Shown: piece after piece, positions 27,340 to 36,617 of the stretch | Numbering within the stretch: the stretch's first letter is position 1 | Layout: each line of letters opens with the position of its first letter | Notes under the pieces: generated by a model | What the model saw: only the letters and a program-made list of their open reading frames with translations | What the model was told of the DNA's origin: nothing | Database searches by the model: none | Origin: Candidatus Nomurabacteria bacterium RIFCSPLOWO2_01_FULL_39_18 | GTDB lineage: Bacteria > Patescibacteriota > Minisyncoccia > Phycocordibacterales > UBA9973 | DNA: 64,000 nucleotides | Assembly: GCA_001787005.1 (NCBI GenBank) | Contig: MFUV01000006.1 | Location: forward strand, 16,197 to 80,196 | Direction of reading: 5' to 3' | Position numbers and translations under genes: made by a program

Positions 27340-28995
27340 ATGAACCAAGAGACTAAAAACTGTATTGATTGCAAAAATGAATTTGAAATAGATTCCGGTG
27401 ATTTGGTTTTGTATGAAAAAATTGGCTTAAAAATTCCGGAGCAGTGCTTCTTTTGTCGGATAAAACAGTATTCTGCTTTTTGGGTTTTTGGAAAATTCAG
27501 GAAGGGGGTCTCAAATTTATCAGGAGAAAGTTTGATTACTGTTTTGCCCTCTAGTCCGAGATATCCTATTTACACATCACATGAATGGTGGGGAGATGCG
27601 TGGGACCCGATGACTTTTGGGCAAGATTATAATTCATCTAGACCCTTTTTTGACCAATTAAAAGAACTTCAAGAAAAAATTCCCCGACCACACCAAGTTA
27701 GTTCAAAGAGTACCAACTGCGACTGGTGTGACGATTCTTGGGATTCAAAGAATTGTTATCTTTGCAGGTCTATTTTAAAATGTGAAAATACAAGTTATGG
27801 TTATCGGATTATAGAAACGAAAGATTCTTTTGATATAGTTTATTCTTTTAATTTACAAAATTCTTACAATTGTTTATTGTGTTACAATTCTTTCAATTTA
27901 AATTTTTCAGAGAATTCCAAAGATTGCATAGACTCGTATTTTCTTTTCGATTGTCGAAATTGTCAGAATTGCTTTATGTGCTGGAATTTACGCAATAAAC
28001 AGTATTGTATTCGAAATAAGCAGTACACAAAAGAAGCATATGAACAAGAACTTAAAAATATTAAATTAGATTCTTATGAAAATGTTGAAAATCTAAAGAA
28101 TGAACTTGAAAATATGTTAAAAAACGAAGCTGTGCATCGCGAGAATTTTAATTTGAAAACTACCAATTCTATTGGGAATTACATGACTAATTGCGACAAG
28201 TGTGTAAATGTTTTTTCTTGGGAAAATTCACAAAATTCACGCAATTCATTAAGGGGTTTAAATACCAAAGATTGTATAGATCAATTAGGTTGTTGGAATA
28301 ATGAAATTTCAGGAGACAATAGCTGTGTCACGGGTGGTTACGAAATAAAGCATTCGTCTTGGTCTGACGGCCGATATTCAGAGTACATCGATCTGTGTAT
28401 TGAAGTTGAACATTGCTTTGGTTGTGTCGGTCTTCGTAAAAAGAAATATTGTATCCTGAATAAACAATATGAGAAAGAAGAATATGAAATTCTGAAAGAT
28501 AAAATTATAAAGGATATGGAAAAAAGGGGAGAATATGGAAAATACTTACCATATTCTATGGGTATATGTGATTATAATTTGTCTAATGGTTTTGTTTATT
28601 TTCCCCAAACTACTAAAGAAGAAATAATAAAAAAAGGTGGCTACTGGTCAGAAGAAAACTTGTCTTCTAAGGATGGGATTTCTTCCGCAAAGCTTCCGGA
28701 TAGTATTCTAGACACAAAACCAGAAATTACTTCACAAGCTCTTATCTGTCCGGAAACTCACTACAGATTTAACATCTCACAAGATGAGTATGAATTTCAC
28801 AAAAATAAAAATTTTGCTTTACCCCGAATACATTTTGATTTAAGAATATTAAAAAAAGTAAAGAAAATTACCGCACTTAGGGGTTATCCCTACCAATGTA
28901 TTTATTGCTCAAAAAACATCAATGCCTATTATCCGCCAGAATGGGGATACCAAAAAATCGCCTGCGAAGATTGTTATAAAAAAAATATCGCCTAA
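27340..28995 (+). CDS. Large cysteine-rich protein, paralog 1 of 5. It has an N-terminal CxxC-17-CxxC zinc ribbon, a central Cys-repeat region and two C-terminal zinc ribbons.
   Basis: The N-terminus reads KNCIDCKNEFEIDSGDLVLYEKIGLKIPEQCFFCR. Repeated NCxxC...CxNCxNCFxCxNLRNKQYCIxNKQYTKEAY units follow. The C-terminus contains two CxxC pairs (CIYCSKN...CEDCYKKNIA); the YAPERPEIVYCEKCYQQEVY tail of paralogs 2-5 is absent. Confidence 0.55.
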   Translation: MNQETKNCIDCKNEFEIDSGDLVLYEKIGLKIPEQCFFCRIKQYSAFWVFGKFRKGVSNLSGESLITVLPSSPRYPIYTSHEWWGDAWDPMTFGQDYNSSRPFFDQLKELQEKIPRPHQVSSKSTNCDWCDDSWDSKNCYLCRSILKCENTSYGYRIIETKDSFDIVYSFNLQNSYNCLLCYNSFNLNFSENSKDCIDSYFLFDCRNCQNCFMCWNLRNKQYCIRNKQYTKEAYEQELKNIKLDSYENVENLKNELENMLKNEAVHRENFNLKTTNSIGNYMTNCDKCVNVFSWENSQNSRNSLRGLNTKDCIDQLGCWNNEISGDNSCVTGGYEIKHSSWSDGRYSEYIDLCIEVEHCFGCVGLRKKKYCILNKQYEKEEYEILKDKIIKDMEKRGEYGKYLPYSMGICDYNLSNGFVYFPQTTKEEIIKKGGYWSEENLSSKDGISSAKLPDSILDTKPEITSQALICPETHYRFNISQDEYEFHKNKNFALPRIHFDLRILKKVKKITALRGYPYQCIYCSKNINAYYPPEWGYQKIACEDCYKKNIA

Positions 28996-29084
28996 AAATT
29001 AAAAAAGCATAATAGTACAATAAACGCTACCGCTACCATTGTACTATTATTGTTTTTTTTATTATAAAATGATAAAATATTTTC

Positions 29085-30794
29085 ATGAATAGAGAAACTC
29101 ATAAATGTCAAAACTGCAAAAAAGATTTCATCATCGAGCCGGACGATTTTTCTTTTTATGAAAAAATAAAAGTTCCTCCGCCGACTTTTTGCCCGGAGTG
29201 CCGCATGATCCGACGTTTGTACTGGCGTAATGAACATTCTCTCTTTCGTAGACCCAACAGCACCCCAGGGTTCTCAGGGGAACACATTTCTATCTATCAT
29301 CCAGATGCGAAAATTACTTCTTATGATAAAGAAATGTGGTGGAGTGACAAATGGGACCCTTGCGACTATGGCGCGGATTATGATTTCGACAGACCATTTT
29401 TTGAACAATTCAAGGAGCTTTTAGAGAGGGTTCCGCATGTATCGTTTTTTGAGGGTAAATCAATAAATGCAAAATTTTGTAACTATGTTGTTGAGTTGAA
29501 AAATTGTTATTTAGTGACTGCTACTTGGAGATGCGAGGATTCAATGTATGGCAATCGTCTTTTTGAATGTAAATTTACCCACGATTCCTACATTTGTTCT
29601 CATACTGAATTTTGTTATGAAAATGTATATTGTAGCGACTCAAACCGACTATTTTTCTCCAGAGAAAGCGAGAATTGTTTGGATTCTTACTTTTTATATG
29701 ACTGTCGCAATTGCTCTAATTGCATTTTGAGTACAAACTTAAGAAACAAAAGTTACTGCATAGAGAATGTACAATACTCAAAAGAAGAATATTTTAAAAA
29801 GAAAAAAGAATTAGAGTTGAATACTAGATCAGGCATTAAAAAAGCAAATAAAAAATTTGAAAAACTATGGCAGAATGCATTCCATAAACACCTCAAGCTC
29901 ATTAACACCAATAATGTGGTCGGAGATCATGTTTCTAATTCACGCAATGCATACTACATTTTTGATTTCAGAGACGATGCGGAAAATGTGAAATATGCGC
30001 ATTGGGGTAATGGAGGATTAAAAGATTCCTATGATACAGGTCCGGGCTGTGGATATAAATCAGAAATGGGTTATGAAGGTGTGAGTACTGGTGATAAAAA
30101 TTATAAAACTTACTTTTGTGTCACGGTGTGGTATTCGAGGGATATCTACTATAGCCTTATGCTGAGTGATTGCCATGATTGCTTCGGGTGTGCCGAAATG
30201 CACAACAAGCAGTATTGTATTTTGAATAAGCAGTATACTAAAGAAGAATATCAAAATTTGTTACCTAGAATAATCAAACACATGAAGGAAATGCCATATG
30301 TTGACAAGGTGGGCAGGTCATATGAATTTGGAGAATTTTTTCCGGGAGAATTATCCCCGTTCGCTTATAATGAAACTGTAGCTCAAGATTATTTTCCAAT
30401 TGGGAAAGAAGATGCAGAATCAAGAGGATATTTATGGCGTGAATATATTCCCAATACTTACAAGACTACCGTAAAAGGGAACGAACTCCCCCAAACGATT
30501 TCCGAAGTTGATGATTCCATTCTTCATCAAGTAATTGAATGCGAAATAACTAAAAAGCCTTTTAAAATTACAGAACAAGAGTTGAGTTTTTATAGGAGGT
30601 TGGATTTGCCATTACCCTCTACTCATCCTGATGAACGACATAATCAAAGATTGAAATTAAGAAATCCGATGACTCTAAGGAAAAGGATGTGTTATTTTGG
30701 CGATAAAGAAGTTGATACAACTTATTTATTGGAAGAAGAAGGTGGTCCTCAAAAAGTAGTTTGCACAGAACATTATAATAAAGAGGTATATTAA
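29085..30794 (+). CDS. Large cysteine-rich protein, paralog 2.
   Basis: The N-terminus is MNRETHKCQNCKKDFIIEPDDFSFYEKIKVPPPTFCPECR and it has the same Cys-repeat architecture. Confidence 0.55.
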   Translation: MNRETHKCQNCKKDFIIEPDDFSFYEKIKVPPPTFCPECRMIRRLYWRNEHSLFRRPNSTPGFSGEHISIYHPDAKITSYDKEMWWSDKWDPCDYGADYDFDRPFFEQFKELLERVPHVSFFEGKSINAKFCNYVVELKNCYLVTATWRCEDSMYGNRLFECKFTHDSYICSHTEFCYENVYCSDSNRLFFSRESENCLDSYFLYDCRNCSNCILSTNLRNKSYCIENVQYSKEEYFKKKKELELNTRSGIKKANKKFEKLWQNAFHKHLKLINTNNVVGDHVSNSRNAYYIFDFRDDAENVKYAHWGNGGLKDSYDTGPGCGYKSEMGYEGVSTGDKNYKTYFCVTVWYSRDIYYSLMLSDCHDCFGCAEMHNKQYCILNKQYTKEEYQNLLPRIIKHMKEMPYVDKVGRSYEFGEFFPGELSPFAYNETVAQDYFPIGKEDAESRGYLWREYIPNTYKTTVKGNELPQTISEVDDSILHQVIECEITKKPFKITEQELSFYRRLDLPLPSTHPDERHNQRLKLRNPMTLRKRMCYFGDKEVDTTYLLEEEGGPQKVVCTEHYNKEVY

Positions 30795-30821
30795 AAATGA
30801 CATTATGTCATTTTACAAAAT

Positions 30822-32553
30822 GTTAGAATGAATAATCAAAGCGAAAAAAGAATATGCCAGAATTGCAAAAAGGACTTCACCATCGAGCCGGATGATTTTG
30901 GATTTTATGGAAAATAAAAGTTCCACCACCGACGTTTTGTCCGGAATGCAGACTTCAGAGAAGATTTGCCTGGCGGAACGAGCGGGCGCTTTACAAGCGC
31001 AAATGTGACTTATGCAAGAAAGATATTATTGCCATGTACCATGATTCTGTTTCATTCCCAGTATATTGTAGGGAGTGTTGGTGGGGAGATGGATGGGATG
31101 CTTCTTCTTACGCACGAGATTACGATTTTAATAAAAGTTTTTTTGAACAATTTAGTGAACTCTTAAAAGTTGTTCCGCGGCTCGCCCTTTTTCAAAGAAA
31201 TATAGTTAATTCAGATTATAGCAATATGGTTGTGGAATCAAAGAATGTTTATCTTTCTCATTCAGTAACCCAAAAATCTGAAAATGTTTTTTATTCGAAA
31301 AGCGTTGATGCCTCTCGAGACATATTTGATTCTCTGAATATTATTAACGGGTCGGAAAATTTATATGAAAATGTCGAGGCGCAGGGGAATTATAATTCGC
31401 AATACCTTTTACTCTGTCGTGGTGTGCTTGACTCTTATTATTGTGTGGATTGCATCAATTGTAGCAGTTGTTTTATGTCTTACAATTTGCGTAATAAACA
31501 GTTTAATATTCGCAATAAGCAATATACACGAGAAGGATATTTAAAAGAGCTTGAAAAATTAAATTTTAAAAGTCACCAAGCAAGGGAGGCTCTGCAGGGG
31601 GAATTCGAGGAAATAAAGAAGAAAGCTATTTATCGTTTCGGCAACATTACAAAATGTGTAGATGTTACTGGTAATAATCTGCTTAATGTTAAGAACGCCA
31701 AGGATTGTTTCGAGATATATGAGGCAGAGAACTGTAAATTTTGTTACAGGGCTCTATATGTCAAAGACTGTATGGATTTTACTTTTGGTGGCTGGTCGGA
31801 ATTGTGTTATGAGTATGTTACCGGTTCCATAAACAATTACAATGTTAAATTTTCCTCCAATGCTTTTAGTGTTCGTGATGCAGACTATGCTGATTATTGC
31901 ATGGACTGCAACAGTATTTTCGGATGTATTGGTCTCAAAAAGAAAGAAAATGCAATTTTGAATTGAATAGAGTTTATTCTAAAGAAGAATTTATAAAGTT
32001 AAGAGAAGAAATTATCAAGCAGATGAAAAAAATACCTTATGTGGATAAAAAAGGAAATGTTTATGAATACGGAGAATTTTATCCAACAGAGCTATCTACC
32101 TGGGCTTACAATGAAACCCTAGCACAGGAAATTTTCCCCTTAAGTAAAGAAAAAGCGGAGAAAAATGGTTATTCGTGGTGCGAACCAGCCGTAAAAAATT
32201 TCGATATAACTATGCCAGCAGAGAAAATTCCTGATAATATAGATAATGCAGGGGAGGAGATTCTGAAAGAAATTTTGGGTTGTGCGCACAAAGGGGACTG
32301 CGATCATCAATGTAGCACGGCTTTTCGATTAACTGACTATGAATTAAAATTTTATAAAAAACACGACATACCGCTTCCTATTCTTTGTTCCAACTGCCGT
32401 TATTACGAAAGAGTCAAAGTCATGCCCGCATTGAAACTTTGGCATCGAAAATGTATGAAAAGCGGATGTCCAAATGAATTCGAAACAGCGTACGCGCCAG
32501 AACGTCCGGAAATAATTTACTGTGAGAAGTGCTATCAGCAGGAAGTATATTAA
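30822..32553 (+). pseudogene. Cysteine-rich family paralog 3, disrupted by at least two frameshifts.
   Basis: The N-terminal fragment MNNQSEKRICQNCKKDFTIEPDDFGFYGK* stops at an A-run near 30913 (ggaaaataaaag against gaaaaaataaaag in paralog 2). The sequence continues in another frame (31034..31966). A second break near 31960 precedes the C-terminal part (31897..32553), which ends YAPERPEIIYCEKCYQQEVY. Confidence 0.6.
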
Positions 32554-32618
32554 AAAACAAAAACCATGATAACACCATGATAACACAATAACAGCGGTAG
32601 CGTCCATTGTGTTATTAT

Positions 32619-33125
32619 CTAGTTCTTAAAACTTTCAAAAAATATTTTCTTCGATATTTCGTCAATGTTGTTTGTGGTAAAAATTACCATCTCTGTTGTG
32701 AGTCCGAGATCCCTTTTTATATTTGTGAAAAGATATTCGTAAGGGTAAGGAGAAATCCAAGCGGAATTTTTAAGACAAACAAAACCAGCTTTTTTCAGAA
32801 GATAGCGCAGAGACTCACGTTCACTTTTTCTCTCTTCTGGTAAGTCGAGCAGAATTATTCTCCAGAATCCGTCCCAAGCTTGGGGGACTAGCGCATCTTC
32901 GCTTCCAAGTGTCATTGTGTTTAATCTACTTTTTCCATGAGCTGTGATTTTGGCATAATTTTGCCTTTCCGTTTTGTGAATCTCGGCGTAGCCACCTTCT
33001 ACCAAGTTTTTGAGCGCGCGAGATATAGCATAGGAGGTTTTTATGTCCCCATCCTTTAATTCTTCGACAGAGATTGCAGGTTTTTCGGAAAGTTTTTTGA
33101 GTATTTTCCTCGAATGACTTGACAT
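32619..33125 (-). CDS. PaaX-like winged-helix transcriptional regulator.
   Basis: There is an N-terminal wHTH, and the C-terminal WDGFWRIILLDLPEERKSERESLRYLLKKAGFVCLKNSAWISP matches the PaaX_C WDGxW...LPE...G(F/W) pattern. Confidence 0.5.
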   Translation of the reverse strand: MSSHSRKILKKLSEKPAISVEELKDGDIKTSYAISRALKNLVEGGYAEIHKTERQNYAKITAHGKSRLNTMTLGSEDALVPQAWDGFWRIILLDLPEERKSERESLRYLLKKAGFVCLKNSAWISPYPYEYLFTNIKRDLGLTTEMVIFTTNNIDEISKKIFFESFKN

Positions 33126-33223
33126 ACTTATAGCCTATCATATATACTCTCATTATACAAGTTTTTAGCGGTCGCAAATTAAATGTTCAAAAAATTATTA
33201 GTATAAAATAACCATATAAAACA

Positions 33224-35161
33224 ATGTCAAAAATCATAGGTATAGATTTGGGTACAACAAATTCAGCAGTAGCCGTCATAGAAGGAGGCGCACCGAAGAT
33301 TATAGAAAATGCAGAGGGAAATCGTACGACCCCCTCTGTGGTTTCGGTCGCCAAGAATGGCGACAGGCTTGTCGGACTTCTTGCTAAAAGGCAGGCAGTT
33401 ACCAACCCGGAAAATACAATTTACGGGATCAAGCGTTTCATGGGTCATAATTTTGAAGACCCGGAGGTGCAGAAAGATTTGAAAAATGCGTCATTCAAAG
33501 TTCAGAAAGGAGCCACCGGCGGAGTGGAAGTAAAAATTGGTGATAAATGGATGCGCCCAGAAGAAATCTCCGCGATGATTCTGTCAAAAATAAAATCTGA
33601 TGTGGAAGCGAAATTGGGAGTGAAAATTACTGAAGCGGTCATAACTGTGCCGGCATACTTCAACGATGCGCAAAGAAAAGCAACCAAAGATGCGGGGCAA
33701 ATTGCCGGGCTTGATGTGAAGCGTATCATCAATGAGCCGACAGCCGCCGCTCTCGCCTATGGATTCAATAAAAAGAAAAATGAAAAGATCGTAGTGTTTG
33801 ATTTCGGCGGGGGAACATTTGATGTGTCTGTGCTCGAGATTGGTGATGATGTAGTTGAAGTTAAGTCCACTGATGGCGACAGCCACCTCGGAGGCCGCGA
33901 TATTGATCACAAGATAATCAACTGGATTGCAGAAGAATTTAAAAAAACTTCTGGCGTGGATGTGCGTTCTGACAAGCTTGCTCTACAACGTCTGGACGAA
34001 GCGGCAGAAAAAGCGAAAATCGAGCTCTCAACCGCCATTGAAACAGAAATTAATATTCCATTCATCACTTCTACGGCGCAAGGCCCGCAACACTTACTTC
34101 TTAAAATGACTCGAGCCCAGCTCGAATCTATCGCTGATGAATATATAGCTCGTTCGATAGAGATAACGAAGCGCGCGATGGCTTCTTCTGGTTTTAAGAT
34201 TGAAGATATGAATGAAATAGTGATGGTGGGTGGGCAGACCAGAATGCCGAAGATCGTTGAGGAAGTGAAAAAGGTTTTCAATAAGACCCCAAACTTAACT
34301 ATCAACCCGGATGAAGTCGTGGCTCTCGGCGCCGCTGTGCAGGCGGGGGTATTGCAAGGAGATGTGCGAGATGTTCTACTCCTTGACGTGATACCACTTT
34401 CGCTTGGCATTGAGACATTGGGCGGAGTGGCCACTAAATTAGTTGAAAGAAATACGACTATTCCTTCAAATAAGTCGCAAGTGTTTTCTACTGCGGCTGA
34501 CAACCAGACTTCCGTAGAAATTCACATTACTCAAGGCGAGCGTCCAATGGCGAGCGACAATAAATCTTTGGGACGATTTATACTAGATGGTGTACCACCA
34601 GCACCGAGGGGCATGCCCCAAATAGAAGTGTCCTTTGATGTGGATGCCAATGGAATTCTAAATGTTACGGCAAAAGACAAAGCCAGTGGCAAGACCCAGT
34701 CCATTAAAATTGAAGCAAGTTCAGGACTCAAAGAAGAAGATATTAAAAAGATGCAAGCCGACGCGGAGCTTCATGCTGAAGAAGACAAAAAGAAAAAAGA
34801 CGTTGTGGATACAAAAAATACCGCAGAGATGATTATTTACACTGCTGAGAAAGCGCTGAAGGACAACGAAGCGAAAATTCCGGCAGAATTAAAAGATAAC
34901 GTGAATGCTAAGATCACAGCACTGCGAACCGCAAAAGACCTGCCTGCGCAGGCAGGTGGCACGGATTCAGATGCAATCAAAAAAGCGACCGAGGAACTTT
35001 CAACCGAAATGTCTAAAATTGGAGAAGCGATTCAGAAAAATTCACCCGAATCCGCAGGAGGCGGGCAGGCCAAGGCTCCCGAAGAACAGCCGACAGAAGT
35101 CAAAGACGCAGAATTCAAAGAAAAAAAAGAAGGGGAAGAAGGTGAATCTCCAAAAGCGTAA
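33224..35161 (+). CDS. dnaK: Chaperone DnaK (Hsp70).
   Basis: [24 protein letters not shown] and [15 protein letters not shown] are present. There is an in-frame 18-mer palindrome insert (DLPAQAGGT) near the C-terminus. Confidence 0.95.
   Translation: MSKIIGIDLGTTNSAVAVIEGGAPKIIENAEGNRTTPSVVSVAKNGDRLVGLLAKRQAVTNPENTIYGIKRFMGHNFEDPEVQKDLKNASFKVQKGATGGVEVKIGDKWMRPEEISAMILSKIKSDVEAKLGVKITEAVITVPAYFNDAQRKATKDAGQIAGLDVKRIINEPTAAALAYGFNKKKNEKIVVFDFGGGTFDVSVLEIGDDVVEVKSTDGDSHLGGRDIDHKIINWIAEEFKKTSGVDVRSDKLALQRLDEAAEKAKIELSTAIETEINIPFITSTAQGPQHLLLKMTRAQLESIADEYIARSIEITKRAMASSGFKIEDMNEIVMVGGQTRMPKIVEEVKKVFNKTPNLTINPDEVVALGAAVQAGVLQGDVRDVLLLDVIPLSLGIETLGGVATKLVERNTTIPSNKSQVFSTAADNQTSVEIHITQGERPMASDNKSLGRFILDGVPPAPRGMPQIEVSFDVDANGILNVTAKDKASGKTQSIKIEASSGLKEEDIKKMQADAELHAEEDKKKKDVVDTKNTAEMIIYTAEKALKDNEAKIPAELKDNVNAKITALRTAKDLPAQAGGTDSDAIKKATEELSTEMSKIGEAIQKNSPESAGGGQAKAPEEQPTEVKDAEFKEKKEGEEGESPKA
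34939..34956. repeat. Perfect 18-nt palindrome CCTGCCTGCGCAGGCAGG, in frame within dnaK.
   Basis: Encodes LPAQAG. Confidence 0.8.
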
Positions 35162-35180
35162 TTAAAAATAAAAAAATATC

Positions 35181-35798
35181 ATGGACTACAACACACTAGC
35201 TACAAAAGAATCTATAGAAAAAGTTGTCGAGGCACTTAGTGCAAGGAATGTTGAAGCACTAGTGGTAGAGTCTGGCAGTGATGCGCTTCTTAAAATAAAA
35301 GAGCTTATCCCGCAGGGCGCATCGGTTATGAACGGAGCCTCGGTTACGCTCGAGCAGATTGGCTTCGTAGATTATCTTAAAGGGGGAGAGCATGGTTGGA
35401 ACAATCTACATGAGGGAATAATTGCAGAAAAAGATTCTGCTAAGCAAGCACAACTGAGGAAGCTTGGCGTGCTGTCTGATTATTATCTGGGCAGTGTACA
35501 TGCACTCGCAGAGACGGGTCAGTTCGTTATTGCGTCCAATACCGGCAGCCAATTGCCGCATGTAGTATATTCTTCCCGCAACCTTATTTTCGTAGTGAGC
35601 ACCAAGAAAATTGTCCCGACTTTGCCGGATGCTATGACTCGCCTCATGGAGCATGTGATACCGCTCGAAGAAAAACACATGCAAGAAAAATATGGCGTCG
35701 GCACGGCGCCGAACAAGATTGTTACTTGGAATGGCGAGAGCGCTTACAATGGCAGAAAAATAAAAATGATCTTAGTAAATGAAGATCTCGGGTTTTAG
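35181..35798 (+). CDS. LUD-domain protein (LutC/YkgG family).
   Basis: It is about 205 aa, with GASVTLEQIGF...VIASNTGSQL...KIVTWNGESAYNGRKIKMILVNEDLG typical of DUF162/LUD. Confidence 0.55.
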   Translation: MDYNTLATKESIEKVVEALSARNVEALVVESGSDALLKIKELIPQGASVMNGASVTLEQIGFVDYLKGGEHGWNNLHEGIIAEKDSAKQAQLRKLGVLSDYYLGSVHALAETGQFVIASNTGSQLPHVVYSSRNLIFVVSTKKIVPTLPDAMTRLMEHVIPLEEKHMQEKYGVGTAPNKIVTWNGESAYNGRKIKMILVNEDLGF

Positions 35799-35935
35799 AA
35801 TTTTTTTGTTATAAATCAGAAAACCACCAAAGAACGGGGTTCCATGGTGGTTGATTTTCTCACGAATTATTTTACTGTCCTCTGCGGACGAGACCCCGTG
35901 AGAATGGATCCCGCCCGCTTGCGTCGAGGTTTCTC

Positions 35936-36481
35936 CTACGCGACGACGCTCTGCTTCTGCATGATGCGCGATACGAGCGCAGGGGTCGGGAAGAACACGT
36001 CATCCTCTCCGTCTCGAACTTGCAGGAGCATCTCCCTCTCGACTAGTTCTTGGACGCCGACGAAGACATGCTGGGGTCCGAACATGAAGATCCCGCTGAA
36101 CGGGATCTCAGGGATCTCATGCATTTGCGCCACCGGTTTCGCAACGAAGAGCGCATAGATCCCGATCGTGAGAATGGAGAGGATGTAGTACTTCCACATC
36201 GCACGCTGGATGCGCTCGCGCTCGTTGAAGTTGTGCTCCTGCGCCTTTTCGGCGCGCTGACACAACTCGTAATCTCCCTGCATCATCTCGACAAGACGGT
36301 GCCAGCTCACGCCGACCCACTGGTCGAGTTGTAGAGAGAAAGAGAGGATGCGTGCCGCAGCCTCCTCCCGTTCTGCCTTTTCGAGCGTTGCTATCAGGCT
36401 GTACTTACCGACGCGAATTGCTCTGGGGGAGCAGGGCATCTCTCCCTCAACTTTAAATAATCCTCTTCCCACTAACTTCAT
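35936..36481 (-). CDS. Hypothetical protein encoded in a GC-rich (~55-60% GC) islet; it has one predicted TM segment.
   Basis: It is the longest ORF in a region whose base composition departs sharply from the flanks. It is preceded by a ggaaaag RBS. Confidence 0.4.
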   Translation of the reverse strand: MKLVGRGLFKVEGEMPCSPRAIRVGKYSLIATLEKAEREEAAARILSFSLQLDQWVGVSWHRLVEMMQGDYELCQRAEKAQEHNFNERERIQRAMWKYYILSILTIGIYALFVAKPVAQMHEIPEIPFSGIFMFGPQHVFVGVQELVEREMLLQVRDGEDDVFFPTPALVSRIMQKQSVVA

Positions 36482-36617
36482 TTTTCTTTTCCTTTCTTGT
36501 CAAGGCGCCGGGGCCATCTAGATGTGGGCGGCGCGAACTTGTTCCTTATAAATATAGCACATTTTGAGTAAAAAGTCAATAGAACATAGGTATTTAGTTT
36601 GAAAAATCGAGCTAGTA

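Noticed and set aside
30822-32553. Programmed ribosomal frameshifting in the third Cys-rich paralog.
   Set aside because: There are at least two independent disruptions, one of them a stop with sequence divergence, and no slippery-heptamer plus stimulator context; pseudogenisation or sequencing error is more parsimonious.
32607-32843. The plus-strand 78-aa ORF overlapping the PaaX-like gene.
   Set aside because: The minus-strand ORF has a recognisable PaaX_C motif (WDGFW...LPE), so the plus-strand ORF is spurious.
35844-36334. Plus-strand ORFs 35844..36158 and 36050..36334, and minus-strand 36117..36320, in the GC-rich islet.
   Set aside because: High GC suppresses stop codons on all frames. 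Only the longest minus-strand ORF with an RBS was kept, and even that at low confidence.
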